Shown here in pieces: positions 9,182-18,758 of a stretch of 64,000 nt of DNA. The position numbers were made by a program, and so were the translations under genes. The stretch is from Candidatus Cloacimonadales bacterium (lineage in GTDB: Bacteria; Cloacimonadota; Cloacimonadia; Cloacimonadales; JAFGVF01): assembly GCA_963678315.1 (NCBI GenBank), contig OY782781.1:192001-256000 (forward strand), written 5' to 3'. How positions within the stretch are numbered: position 1 is the stretch's first letter; each line of letters opens with the position of its first letter. The notes beneath the pieces are model-generated. The model was given only the letters and a program-made list of their open reading frames with translations, had not been told where the DNA came from and made no database searches.

Positions 9182-10390
9182 ATGAAAATATATGCAGACA
9201 AGGTTGTTTTTTCAGTAGATAGAGTTGAAGATAATGCTTTTATTGAGCTTGATTTAGAAAGTAAAGATAAAAAGAATAATACTCTAACTTTTGAAAATGC
9301 AACCCTGTATCCTGCATTGATTAATTCCCATGACCACTTAGTAGGTAATTGGTTTCCTCGAGCTGTTACAAAAGAAAAGTTTCCAAATTCTCATGAATGG
9401 GTTGAGAAAATGAAAAGTCATCCTACATATCTAGATAGGAATAAATTCTGGGTTAATGATGGTTCATTTGTTCTTACAGGTGAAAAAGAGCTCACACTCT
9501 GCAATCTTGGAGCTTATAAGAATATATTTGCTGGTTGTAGTGTTGTGCAAGATCATGCACCAAATCAAACAAGTGACTATTATCAACAATTCCCAATCAA
9601 TATAATAGAAGACTATCGTCAGTGCCACTCATTACCATTAGGCAACTGGTGGGGTGGAGAGAGCGCTGAAAAAGAGTTCATGCTCTCCGAAGGTAAAATA
9701 CCATTCATTACACACTTGGGGGAAGGTACAGACCATATCACAGCAAATGAATTCTATGATTTAAAGAAAAGAGGACTCTTATCCTCAAACACTTTATTAA
9801 TCCATGGTATTGCTTTTAATAGAGAGAACCTTAAAGATATAGCTGAAGCAGGCGCTTCAATTTGTTGGTGCCCTGTTTCTAACATTAACTTAATAGGCAA
9901 AACCCTTGATATTGAGGCTTGTTTAGAGTTAGGTGTAAATATTGTTTTAGGTACAGATTCAACCTTATCAGGAGGAATTAATCTTCTTGATGAACTGAAC
10001 TTTGCCTATTCCCTATTTCCACAAATACCTTCTAAAGAGCTTTACAAAATGATATCCACCAATGCTAGATATGCTTTGAGACTTTGCCAAGATTATGCTG
10101 AAATAAGCTCAACTAATTCTGATATTGTAGTCTTTGATAAGAAAGAGATTAATCCTTTTGATAACTTGCTCAATGTTCAATCAGAGAATATTAAGCTTCT
10201 CACTCATGCAGGTAAAGCAATCTATGGAGATGCTGAATATCTTCAATACTTTGACTTTGATGCAAAAGAATATTCTAATATAGAGATTAATGGTCGTAAG
10301 AAGTTTGTTATCGGGAATCCACAAGAACTTATAGACCAAGTTAACAGCTATCTAGACTACACCAAGCACTTACCTTACTTACCATTCTAA
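9182..10390 (+). CDS. Amidohydrolase-superfamily metal-dependent hydrolase
   Basis: 'PALINSHDHL' HxH, 'THLGEG', 'LIHG', 'WCPVSN', 'LGTDS'. Confidence 0.85.
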   Translation: MKIYADKVVFSVDRVEDNAFIELDLESKDKKNNTLTFENATLYPALINSHDHLVGNWFPRAVTKEKFPNSHEWVEKMKSHPTYLDRNKFWVNDGSFVLTGEKELTLCNLGAYKNIFAGCSVVQDHAPNQTSDYYQQFPINIIEDYRQCHSLPLGNWWGGESAEKEFMLSEGKIPFITHLGEGTDHITANEFYDLKKRGLLSSNTLLIHGIAFNRENLKDIAEAGASICWCPVSNINLIGKTLDIEACLELGVNIVLGTDSTLSGGINLLDELNFAYSLFPQIPSKELYKMISTNARYALRLCQDYAEISSTNSDIVVFDKKEINPFDNLLNVQSENIKLLTHAGKAIYGDAEYLQYFDFDAKEYSNIEINGRKKFVIGNPQELIDQVNSYLDYTKHLPYLPF

Positions 10391-10422
10391 ACAAACATAA
10401 CAAAGATTAAAGAATACAAGAA

Positions 10423-11061
10423 ATGATAAAATTAGTAGAAATTTTCTGTAGCATTCAAGGTGAATCATCATATACTGGATATCCATGTATATTTGTTAGA
10501 TTCGCTGAATGCAATTTAAGATGCAATTATTGTGATACAACATATAGCTATGATACTAAGTTCTCTAAATCTGTTACTGAGATTATTGATGAGATTAGGA
10601 AATATCACCCAATAAAACTTGTTGAAATCACAGGAGGAGAACCACTCCTTCAAAACAAAGTAGTAGATCTAATTGAAGAGCTTCAAAAGCTTGATTACAA
10701 AGTGCTTTTAGAAACTAACGGTTCTTTACCGATAGACAAAATAAATGATAAAGTCCATAAAATTATTGATGTAAAATGTCCAGATAGTGCTTCAGGTGAT
10801 TCTTTCTGCATGACAAATTTAGAGAAGATGTCAGCAACAGATGAGCTTAAATTTGTAATATCAAGTTATAGAGATTATTGCTGGGCAAAAGACTTTATTT
10901 ATAAGAATGCTATACAAGATAAGAATATCCTGTTTTCTCCTGTGTTTAATAAGATAAATCCTGAGATTCTAGTTAATTGGATTGTTGAAGATAAGCTTCC
11001 TGTTAGATTCCAACTCCAGATTCATAAATACATCTGGGATCCTAACAAACAAGGGGTTTAG
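10423..11061 (+). CDS. queE: 7-carboxy-7-deazaguanine synthase (radical SAM)
   Basis: 'EIFCSIQGES', 'FVRFAECNLRCNYCDT', 'ITGGEPLLQ', 'LETNGS', 'QIHKYIW'. Confidence 0.9.
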   Translation: MIKLVEIFCSIQGESSYTGYPCIFVRFAECNLRCNYCDTTYSYDTKFSKSVTEIIDEIRKYHPIKLVEITGGEPLLQNKVVDLIEELQKLDYKVLLETNGSLPIDKINDKVHKIIDVKCPDSASGDSFCMTNLEKMSATDELKFVISSYRDYCWAKDFIYKNAIQDKNILFSPVFNKINPEILVNWIVEDKLPVRFQLQIHKYIWDPNKQGV

Positions 11062-11801
11062 TTAATACTTAAGGATCTTAGCGAAACTTCTTTATGTAAT
11101 GTAGTGGATATATGGAGCAGTAGTAGTCTGTGAATTTCTTGCTCTACTTGTTGTTCTATATTCAAGTCTTCTATATAGTTCCCTATTGTTGGTAATAAGA
11201 TTAGGATTTCTTGGGCTTCTTGGCTGATATGTTTATCCTTTATGCTAGAACAGGATAGACAGGCAAAACCATGATTTTCTGTAGAATAAGCAAATCCATC
11301 CTCTAATCCAGAGTTACATGAATTACATTTAGTTAAATTTAGAGGTATGCCTAACAGAGAGAAATATCTAAGAACAAATCGCCAAAATATAAGCACATGA
11401 TTCTTCTCTATAGATGCTATATATTCAAGATAAGTACCTAGCAAGTGGAAGATAGAAGCTGAATCATCGTCAGAATTAAGTGCAGTTCTATCAAGTAGTT
11501 CAACTGCTGCATTCTGATAAAGAAATACATTATAATTTGATGTATAAGAAAGAGATGATACTAATTCAACATTACGTATAGAATATATTTCAGAGCTATT
11601 AGTCTTACCAGCTTCGAACTTAATGTAATTCAAAAGACTGATTACCCCCTGCAAATTACTCTTCTTAGCTCTTATTCCTGTTACATGCGCTTGAATTACA
11701 CCATGTTCAGGCGTGATAATATGGACAATAGCCTTACTATCACGATACCTGACAATCTTAATAATAATCCCTTCAAAAACTCTATTGTAATTAGTTACCA
11801 T
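11058..11801 (-). CDS. recO: DNA repair protein RecO
   Basis: N-terminal OB fold 'EGIIIK..RYRDSKAIVHIITPEHG', zinc finger CxxC..CxxC, 247 aa. Confidence 0.8.
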   Translation of the reverse strand: MVTNYNRVFEGIIIKIVRYRDSKAIVHIITPEHGVIQAHVTGIRAKKSNLQGVISLLNYIKFEAGKTNSSEIYSIRNVELVSSLSYTSNYNVFLYQNAAVELLDRTALNSDDDSASIFHLLGTYLEYIASIEKNHVLIFWRFVLRYFSLLGIPLNLTKCNSCNSGLEDGFAYSTENHGFACLSCSSIKDKHISQEAQEILILLPTIGNYIEDLNIEQQVEQEIHRLLLLHISTTLHKEVSLRSLSIN

Positions 11802-13266
11802 TTATCTTATTTATCTTTTCACTTGCTTGACGATAATCCATAGGATTAACATAGATAGTTTTTTGGTTAGTATAAGTAACATAGCCTGCAACAGCTCCTC
11901 TCGGCTTTCTTACATATCTTATTTGAGTGTAATCTACTGGCACATTTTCAGACTTCTTTGCCTTGCTGTAGTAAGCTGCAAGCTGAGAACATATTATTCG
12001 ATATTTATCTGGAAGTTGCTTATTAGAGTAATTTCTAAGAACAACATGAGTTCCTTGGAAGATTCTAGTATGAAACCACCAATCCCTATTCTTAGCAACT
12101 CTGCAAGTAAGAATATCATTTTCTTTGGAGGAACGTCCTATATATATTTCCCAGTCATCATCTATTTTTATTCTCCTAAATAGAACTTTATCATCCATGC
12201 TTTGCTTCTGGGAATCCCTATTCTTTTGCATCTTCTGAAGTTCTAGATAGTCACTTTCACCCTCTATACCATTAATCTTAGACTCAATCTTAGCTATTTC
12301 TTCCATTGTTTTAGCAATCTGCTTTTTGATAATTTCTATACCAGATTTTGCTTTCTTATATTTCTTATAATAATGATTGATATTTTGTTGAATATTCTTT
12401 TCTTCTTGAATTGGGATTTCTATTTCAGGGAATGAGTCATCAAAGTAATTAACTAGCTTCACAGAAGTCATACCTTTCTTTACAAGATGAATATTGCTTT
12501 TAAGAAGTTCTGCATAATGAAACCATTTATCTACAGAAGTGGCACTCTCAAGTTCACTATGTTGCTTGAGCAATTTCTTCTTTGATTTCTTAAGAGTATT
12601 ATTAGCTTGTTTTACTAAGGATTTCTGAATATCAAGACCTTTTTTCTTTAATATATAATCATAATAAAGTGTCTCAAACAGCACATTTACATCAGAGTAT
12701 TCACTGTCTTTATCTTCATTAATCCGTCCTTTATCATCTATTGACAAGGATAAGTCAACATCACTTTTATCAGCTTTAAAATCAGTAATTGGGGCTTTCC
12801 ACTCCATTTTAGCAAGAATCTGTCTTTGATTGTTTTCAGCAAAGCTAAACTTTTTCAGAGCTTCTTTTATTATGAGTTCATTGCCCTGCTTTTCAGTCAG
12901 AATAATATTTTCAAAACCAGCAGCAAATTCTAATATAAGAACATATTTCTTAACTTCATTATAGATATCCTTTTTGATAAATTCCAGCATATAAATACGG
13001 TCATTATCCATTATAGAAACTTGAACAAGTCTTGATTTCTTGAGATTTTGCTCAAATATGTTCAGATGCTTATCTTCTTCAAATGGTAAATAGTCATTAT
13101 CAGTTACAAACATAAATGAGTTTCCTTGATTCAGCGATATCTGTAGTCCCTCATTCTCTTTAAAGAAAGTGATGAGATATTGGTCCTGAAACCTAGTAAT
13201 TTTCTTTACTTCTTTATCTTTTAGTTGGATTCTTTTGCTCCAAGCATGTAAATATTTGTATTTCAT
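11791..13266 (-). CDS. NFACT family protein (RqcH/FbpA-like)
   Basis: 'DRIYML', coiled coil 'YYKKYKKAK', NFACT-R 'IYIGRSSKENDILT..WWFH..GTHV..AAYYSK..VDYT'. Confidence 0.88.
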   Translation of the reverse strand: MKYKYLHAWSKRIQLKDKEVKKITRFQDQYLITFFKENEGLQISLNQGNSFMFVTDNDYLPFEEDKHLNIFEQNLKKSRLVQVSIMDNDRIYMLEFIKKDIYNEVKKYVLILEFAAGFENIILTEKQGNELIIKEALKKFSFAENNQRQILAKMEWKAPITDFKADKSDVDLSLSIDDKGRINEDKDSEYSDVNVLFETLYYDYILKKKGLDIQKSLVKQANNTLKKSKKKLLKQHSELESATSVDKWFHYAELLKSNIHLVKKGMTSVKLVNYFDDSFPEIEIPIQEEKNIQQNINHYYKKYKKAKSGIEIIKKQIAKTMEEIAKIESKINGIEGESDYLELQKMQKNRDSQKQSMDDKVLFRRIKIDDDWEIYIGRSSKENDILTCRVAKNRDWWFHTRIFQGTHVVLRNYSNKQLPDKYRIICSQLAAYYSKAKKSENVPVDYTQIRYVRKPRGAVAGYVTYTNQKTIYVNPMDYRQASEKINKINGN

Positions 13267-13381
13267 TAGTTCTCCTTGTTAAATCAGACATTTTCCTAAA
13301 AAAATGTCAATAAATTTCTTGACATGGAATATTGATTAAATAGCGTTTTTAGTGACTAAGTGATTAATAAAAGGAGACAGA

Positions 13382-14281
13382 ATGAAAGTAACAAACATTG
13401 CATTGATTGGGTTTATTGTACTTTCTGCTATTCTTGGATTTTTGTTGATTCAAGATTCAGATAATAACGCAGATGCTAACTCAGAAGCTAATGACACAGG
13501 TGCAAGCCTTGCTGAACTTGAGAATATGAACAACACTTTAGTAGAAGAAAAACAAGTACTTCTTGCAAAGATTGAAGATTATCGTGCTAAAGAACAATAC
13601 TACGCAGAAGTAGAAAAAAAGCTACAGGCTATAACAAATATCTCAAACACCGGTGATGATCTTACATTGGCAAACAATGATTCAGACCCAAGTAGTGTTA
13701 TAAGTCAATCTATTGCAGTTTTAGAGAAAAATCAAAAAGAAATGAATTCTTTGAGAAAGGAAAGAAAAAGACTTAGAACTGAAATCGATAAGCTTAAAAA
13801 GAAGTTAAGTGCATCTGATGCAGATAATGCTAAGATTCAAGGACAAATTGAAAAGCTTCAAAGTCAAATGAATCTTACAGATGTTCAAATCACACAACTT
13901 CAAAATAAAATTGATAAGACAGAGCAACTAATTGCTAAGAAGGATATTGAAATCAATACTATCTATTATGTAGTGGGAACTAAAGGACAACTTCGTGAAA
14001 AAGGTATCACTCAAAAGGAAGGTGGTGTACTTTGGGGTTTACTTGGTGCTACTGAAGATGTAAGAAATGACTTTAGTCAAAAAGAATTCAGAACTCAAAA
14101 CTTGGCTCAAAGTGATGAAATTGAAATCAATGCTAACATTGATGATATCATTATCCATTCTAAACAACTTAAATCAGCTTATGAACTAGTTTCTATTGAT
14201 GAAAATAGCACTATCTTAAAAGTTAAAGATCATGAAAAGTTTAGAAAAGATAAACACTTAGTAATTGAGATTGAAGATTAA
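13382..14281 (+). CDS. Membrane-anchored coiled-coil protein with a conserved C-terminal domain (hypothetical)
   Basis: N-terminal TM helix, long heptad region, 'YYVVGTKGQLREKGI' C-terminal block; AGGAG SD. Confidence 0.75.
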   Translation: MKVTNIALIGFIVLSAILGFLLIQDSDNNADANSEANDTGASLAELENMNNTLVEEKQVLLAKIEDYRAKEQYYAEVEKKLQAITNISNTGDDLTLANNDSDPSSVISQSIAVLEKNQKEMNSLRKERKRLRTEIDKLKKKLSASDADNAKIQGQIEKLQSQMNLTDVQITQLQNKIDKTEQLIAKKDIEINTIYYVVGTKGQLREKGITQKEGGVLWGLLGATEDVRNDFSQKEFRTQNLAQSDEIEINANIDDIIIHSKQLKSAYELVSIDENSTILKVKDHEKFRKDKHLVIEIED

Positions 14282-14315
14282 GTAATAAAGCAATCTAACT
14301 AGATTAATTAAATAT

Positions 14316-14346
14316 GAGAGTCTTGACCTAGTCGAGACTCTTTTTT
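14316..14346 (+). terminator. Intrinsic terminator
   Basis: GAGAGTCTTGAC-CTA-GTCGAGACTCT hairpin followed by a T-run. Confidence 0.75.
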
Positions 14347-14608
14347 CGTAAGCAGGGATGCTTACAATCCTAGTTGGTACTTTTCATAAGCAGGGATGCT
14401 TACAATCCTAGTTGGTTCTTTTTCGTAAGCAGGGATGCTTACAATCCTAGTTGGTACTTTTCATAAGCAGGGATGCTTACAATCCTAGTTGGTTCTTTTT
14501 CGTAAGCAGGGATGCTTACAATCCTAGTTGGTTCTTTTTCGTAAGCAGGGATGCTTACAATCCTAGTTGGTACTTTTTCGTAAGCAGGGATGCTTACAAT
14601 CCTAGTTG
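14342..14608 (+). repeat. Tandem array of 7 x 38-39 bp palindromic units
   Basis: Unit (T)TTTTC(G/A)TAAGCAGGGATGCTTACAATCCTAGTTGGT(A/T)C; cores at 14348, 14386, 14425, 14463, 14502, 14541, 14580. Confidence 0.97.
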
Positions 14609-14747
14609 CTTTTTAGTAGCCTCCTGCATTAAATCATGTTTTTATGCAGGAGGAAAGTAAGTTTTCAGTTGAAATTGATGAACTTTACATGCAAAAAGAA
14701 CCAAGCTGTTAAACTTGGTCCTTTCATAATTTTCTATAGTTTTGTTA

Positions 14748-15335
14748 TTATTTCTCTAAGAATTCTTTTAATATAACATCGTCTAAGCTTCTTTTAGGCA
14801 CATGATGACTTTGGTCTTCATCTCTCCAGTATTCAATGCTATTTAGACTAGAAGCTTCTTCTAATACAATCTTTTCATCTGGAATACCTAGAGCTAAGCA
14901 TAGTAAAATTGATTCTTCTTCTTCCAGTTGCAAAACACTCTTCAATAGTGGTTTATTTATAGAAGCAATCATACAGCCACCATAACCTTTTTCTACAGCA
15001 GATAAAAGAATAGTTTGAGCTGCAATTCCTGCATCGAAATGAGAATACTTCTCAAATTTTTCATTAGCAGTTATTACAATATAAGCACATGGGCGCTCAT
15101 CTGGAGAAGGTCCATCCCAATCAGTAAGATATCCAGCCCAATTCAAACATCTATAGATTTCATCATTTTCTCTTTTAGTGTTAGAAATAGAGTATCTTAG
15201 AACTTGCAAATTCGCAGCACTAGCAACCTTAGTTGCATTGTCTACAAGTTCGTGTAGATCCTTGCTATTAATTCTACATTCATTTTTGAATCTTCTATAA
15301 GATCTATTCTTTATAATAATTTCTGATAATTTCAT
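14748..15335 (-). CDS. Nitroreductase family protein
   Basis: 'NRSYRRF', 'ASAANLQ', 'DAGIAAQTILLSAVEKGYGGC', 'HHVPKRSL'; ATG 15335 behind GAGGTG. Confidence 0.9.
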   Translation of the reverse strand: MKLSEIIIKNRSYRRFKNECRINSKDLHELVDNATKVASAANLQVLRYSISNTKRENDEIYRCLNWAGYLTDWDGPSPDERPCAYIVITANEKFEKYSHFDAGIAAQTILLSAVEKGYGGCMIASINKPLLKSVLQLEEEESILLCLALGIPDEKIVLEEASSLNSIEYWRDEDQSHHVPKRSLDDVILKEFLEK

Positions 15336-15343
15336 AAACACCT

Positions 15344-16078
15344 CTACTTTTCTGTCTTTGTTCCTTCTAAAGTAAGTGGTTCTTCTGCAAAATTCTGGAT
15401 TATATGAGTGTAACCTTTATAGTTTTTAAGTCTTTCAAAACTCATTTTCTTACCATTGGCTGTAACATCATAATAGTCTCTAATATCGAGATTAAGTTTT
15501 ACCAGTCCACCATCAATAAGAGTTGAAGGATACCAGAACATATTTCCATTTAGTTTGAATCTATCTTTCTTTCTTTCAAATGCTTCGCCTTTTGACTGTA
15601 CAGATAATGAGTATTTAACAAAAACTCTTACTTTGTTAGTTGTATTTTCTAGAATTTCATCAGTAACTTGGAAACGCCAGATATTGCCTAAAAACTTGAT
15701 TCTTTTAACGTCTTTGTATTCTATTGGAAGGTTAAAATTGTTTTGATTAAATGAGTATATCTCTTCTAAAACACCTTTCTTTCCATTAATTTGGAAATCT
15801 AACATTTTTGTATCTTCATCTAGAATAAAGCACATTTTCTCTAGATTATCAAAGTTTTCTTTGGGGATAGAGATATAGCTAGCAACAACTAATTTTCGTT
15901 CTTCTTCATCGTAAAATATTTGTAGGTTTTGTTCATCGTATTGCATGAAGAAAAGGGTATCTTCATATACAGATTCATCTCTTTCATACAAGGCGTTTTT
16001 ATCGCCAGAAACAGACATGCTACATCCAATAATTGTAATAAAAGCAACTAAGCAAAACAAATAAAAAATTCTTATCAT
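15344..16078 (-). CDS. Hypothetical lipoprotein
   Basis: Signal peptide with 'IIGC' lipobox; 244-aa ORF with SD. Confidence 0.65.
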   Translation of the reverse strand: MIRIFYLFCLVAFITIIGCSMSVSGDKNALYERDESVYEDTLFFMQYDEQNLQIFYDEEERKLVVASYISIPKENFDNLEKMCFILDEDTKMLDFQINGKKGVLEEIYSFNQNNFNLPIEYKDVKRIKFLGNIWRFQVTDEILENTTNKVRVFVKYSLSVQSKGEAFERKKDRFKLNGNMFWYPSTLIDGGLVKLNLDIRDYYDVTANGKKMSFERLKNYKGYTHIIQNFAEEPLTLEGTKTEK

Positions 16079-16184
16079 TAAATCTCCCTAATAAATAATC
16101 ACTCTTCTATAAGAAAATTTAACTATTATGAAATGTCAAGAATTGTTTTTCAAAGTGCTATAATAAAAGCTACGAGAACAATAA

Positions 16185-17198
16185 CTAGATGTATCTTACT
16201 CCCTTTGAAGAAAAAGCATTCACATTCAGTTCAGAAAACTCTTTTTTCTTGTATTTTCTGACAGCTGCTGCCCCTATCATAGCAGCATTATCCATACAAT
16301 ATTTTAAAGGTGGAACAAATAATTCTGCCCCAATCTTCTTTGCTTCCAGAGAAACTTTATTTCTAAGTCCCTTATTGGCAGACACACCGCCAGCTATAAT
16401 CAGCTTTTTTATCTTTTTCTCTTTAGCATAAGCTATCATCTTTTTAGATAAGATATTAACAATTGCTTTCTGCAAAGAAGCACAAATATGGTGTTTGTTT
16501 TCATCAATAAATTCAGGAGTTTGTGATTTAACGTAATTCATGACAGATGTTTTTAAACCAGAAAAACTAAAGTCGTATACACCTTTTCTATTTAGTCCCA
16601 TTGGAAAATCTACAAAAGAGTCATCTCCGGTATGTGCTAGTTTATCAACAATTGGTCCACCTGGATAACCTAATCCAAGAAGTTTGGCACTCTTATCAAA
16701 AGCTTCTCCGGCTGCATCATCTCTTGTTCTTCCAATGATTTCAAAGTCTTCTTCAGTTTTGAAGTGAACTAGTTCTGTATGCCCCCCCGAAACAACAAGA
16801 GCAAGGTAAGGAGGTTTTAAATCTGGGTTTGCTATTTTATTAGCAGCTATATGTCCTAGCATGTGATTAACAGTGATTAGAGGAATATCTAAAGAGAAAG
16901 CCAAGCCTTTAGCAAAAGAAAGTCCCACTAGAAGTGCTCCAATTAATCCCGGATTAACAGAAACTGCTATTGCAGAAATATCTTTATAAGTTAAATTCGC
17001 TTCTTTCATGGCAATGTCAGTTAACTTCATAATAGATTTCATGTGCAAACGAGAAGCAATTTCGGGTACTACTCCACCATATTTTTCATGCTCTAACTGG
17101 GATGATATCAAGTTACAATAAACATTATATTCTGTATCAATAACAGCAACAGATGTATCATCACATGATGTTTCAAAGGCTAAGACATACTCTTTCAT
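16185..17198 (-). CDS. tsaD: tRNA N6-adenosine threonylcarbamoyltransferase TsaD
   Basis: 'FETSCDDT', 'GGVVPEIASRLH', 'NHMLGH', 'VSGGHT', 'DDAAGEAFDK', 'FSFSGLKT', 'DNAAMI'. Confidence 0.97.
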   Translation of the reverse strand: MKEYVLAFETSCDDTSVAVIDTEYNVYCNLISSQLEHEKYGGVVPEIASRLHMKSIMKLTDIAMKEANLTYKDISAIAVSVNPGLIGALLVGLSFAKGLAFSLDIPLITVNHMLGHIAANKIANPDLKPPYLALVVSGGHTELVHFKTEEDFEIIGRTRDDAAGEAFDKSAKLLGLGYPGGPIVDKLAHTGDDSFVDFPMGLNRKGVYDFSFSGLKTSVMNYVKSQTPEFIDENKHHICASLQKAIVNILSKKMIAYAKEKKIKKLIIAGGVSANKGLRNKVSLEAKKIGAELFVPPLKYCMDNAAMIGAAAVRKYKKKEFSELNVNAFSSKGVRYI

Positions 17199-17201
17199 TT
17201 A

Positions 17202-18578
17202 TTATTTATCCTTCTCCAGAGAGTATTGTTTCATTTTTTTATAAAGGGTTGTACGTTCTATATTGAGTTCTTTAGCTGTATGCGATATTTTCCAATTATT
17301 CTTCATTAATCTCTTATGAATGAAGTTCTTTTCAAAATTCATCATGGCATCTTTCAACTCAGGGATATTAAACAAACTAACCACGCAGTTGTTACAATCT
17401 TTCTTATTTTTAATCTTATGAAATACTGATAAGACAGTCTCATTATTAACGCATTTACCTTCAAAAACAACGTTCTTACAGAAGTTTTTCAATTCAACGA
17501 TGTTTCCAGGCCATGAATATTCGGATAATTTATCTTGAATATCATCTAATGAGGTTTCACAATCAATATAGTATTGTTCACAAAGAGTTTCTAAGAAGTA
17601 TTTCATTAGGATAAGGTAATCCTTACCTCTACTTTTTAGTGATGGTACTCTTACAACATTGTTTCCTAAAGATTCACAGAGTTTAGAATTTAACAATCTT
17701 TTAGCTTTTAACTTATGAGGTGAGAATGATGTTGTAAAGATGATCAGAGGTATTTCTCTATCAAATTTAGCGCTTTCAATATACTTAGTAATTAGTAATT
17801 GAATACCATTACTTAGATGTGCAAGTTCTTCAAAATGAACTATACCTGATAAGTTATCAGCCATAATCTTATTTAGCTTTTCTTCAATTATTTCAGTCTT
17901 TGATTTATGACTATGTTTAAGCTGATATTCTATTTCATTAGACAGTCTTCTACAATTAATCGGAGTGTATGGCATTCCGAAACGTGGTGAGTTATTGTAG
18001 TAGAATGAAACAGCGACGTGTTTTCCAGAACCTGGATCTCCATAGAAAATCACTGGTTCTTCACTTAAAGAATAATTTACTATATCTTCTTTGACATTAA
18101 CTATTCTTTTACTATTTCCAATGAATGGATGTTTATTAAGAATCTGCTTCTTCAAGTTTCTATTATGAAACTGAAGACTTTTATTCTCTGATTCATTCTC
18201 AGAGTGCTTTATTGCATTCTCAATATTAACGATAAGATAGTTTAGATTGAAGCTAGAACCTTTTTCAATGAAGGTGTAAACTCCAAGCTTTCTTATCTCT
18301 TTGATTTGCAGAGAAGTTGCTTCAGCAGATATTACAATAATCTTAGCTTCAGTTTTGTAGTCATATACTAAGGCTCTTGTAATCTGGATACCATTAAGAG
18401 TGCTGTATCTTAAATTAATATTCACAACAATCACATCTGGTAAGAACTTCTGGTAGCAATCAAAGAATTCATCACTATCAGTAACTATTTTTCCTTCAAA
18501 ACCGTATTTGTTTAACGCCATCTTATACTGGACAGCCAAATACTTATTATCTTCCACTATTAATACTTTATTCCCCAA
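17202..18578 (-). CDS. Degenerate NtrC-like regulator (receiver-AAA+-Fis HTH)
   Basis: REC-like N-terminus, 'GDPGSGK', 'YSWPGNIVELKN', HTH 'TAKELNIERTTLYKKMK'; TTG start. Confidence 0.8.
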   Translation of the reverse strand: MGNKVLIVEDNKYLAVQYKMALNKYGFEGKIVTDSDEFFDCYQKFLPDVIVVNINLRYSTLNGIQITRALVYDYKTEAKIIVISAEATSLQIKEIRKLGVYTFIEKGSSFNLNYLIVNIENAIKHSENESENKSLQFHNRNLKKQILNKHPFIGNSKRIVNVKEDIVNYSLSEEPVIFYGDPGSGKHVAVSFYYNNSPRFGMPYTPINCRRLSNEIEYQLKHSHKSKTEIIEEKLNKIMADNLSGIVHFEELAHLSNGIQLLITKYIESAKFDREIPLIIFTTSFSPHKLKAKRLLNSKLCESLGNNVVRVPSLKSRGKDYLILMKYFLETLCEQYYIDCETSLDDIQDKLSEYSWPGNIVELKNFCKNVVFEGKCVNNETVLSVFHKIKNKKDCNNCVVSLFNIPELKDAMMNFEKNFIHKRLMKNNWKISHTAKELNIERTTLYKKMKQYSLEKDK

Positions 18579-18719
18579 AACAAACCTCTCGATTTTGTGC
18601 TTTTTGCGAGAATCCGAAAAATGTATATTTTTGTCAACAATTATTAATTAAAAACCTTATTAATAGTGAATTTAAGTAAAAGCTTTAACCATACTCATTA
18701 TGAAGCACAAATAAGAAAA

Positions 18720-18742
18720 GGGGGTAACTCATTGTTACCCCC
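18720..18742 (-). terminator. Intrinsic terminator after the M6 protease gene
   Basis: GGGGGTAAC-N5-GTTACCCCC hairpin with a T-run on the minus strand. Confidence 0.7.
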
Positions 18743-18758
18743 AGTATACATAAATTAA

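Noticed and set aside
14342..14608. CRISPR array
   Set aside because: The units are contiguous with no unique spacers, and there are no cas genes in the window
14451..14660. 69-aa ORF with a repeated peptide
   Set aside because: Translation of the 39-bp tandem array; no SD
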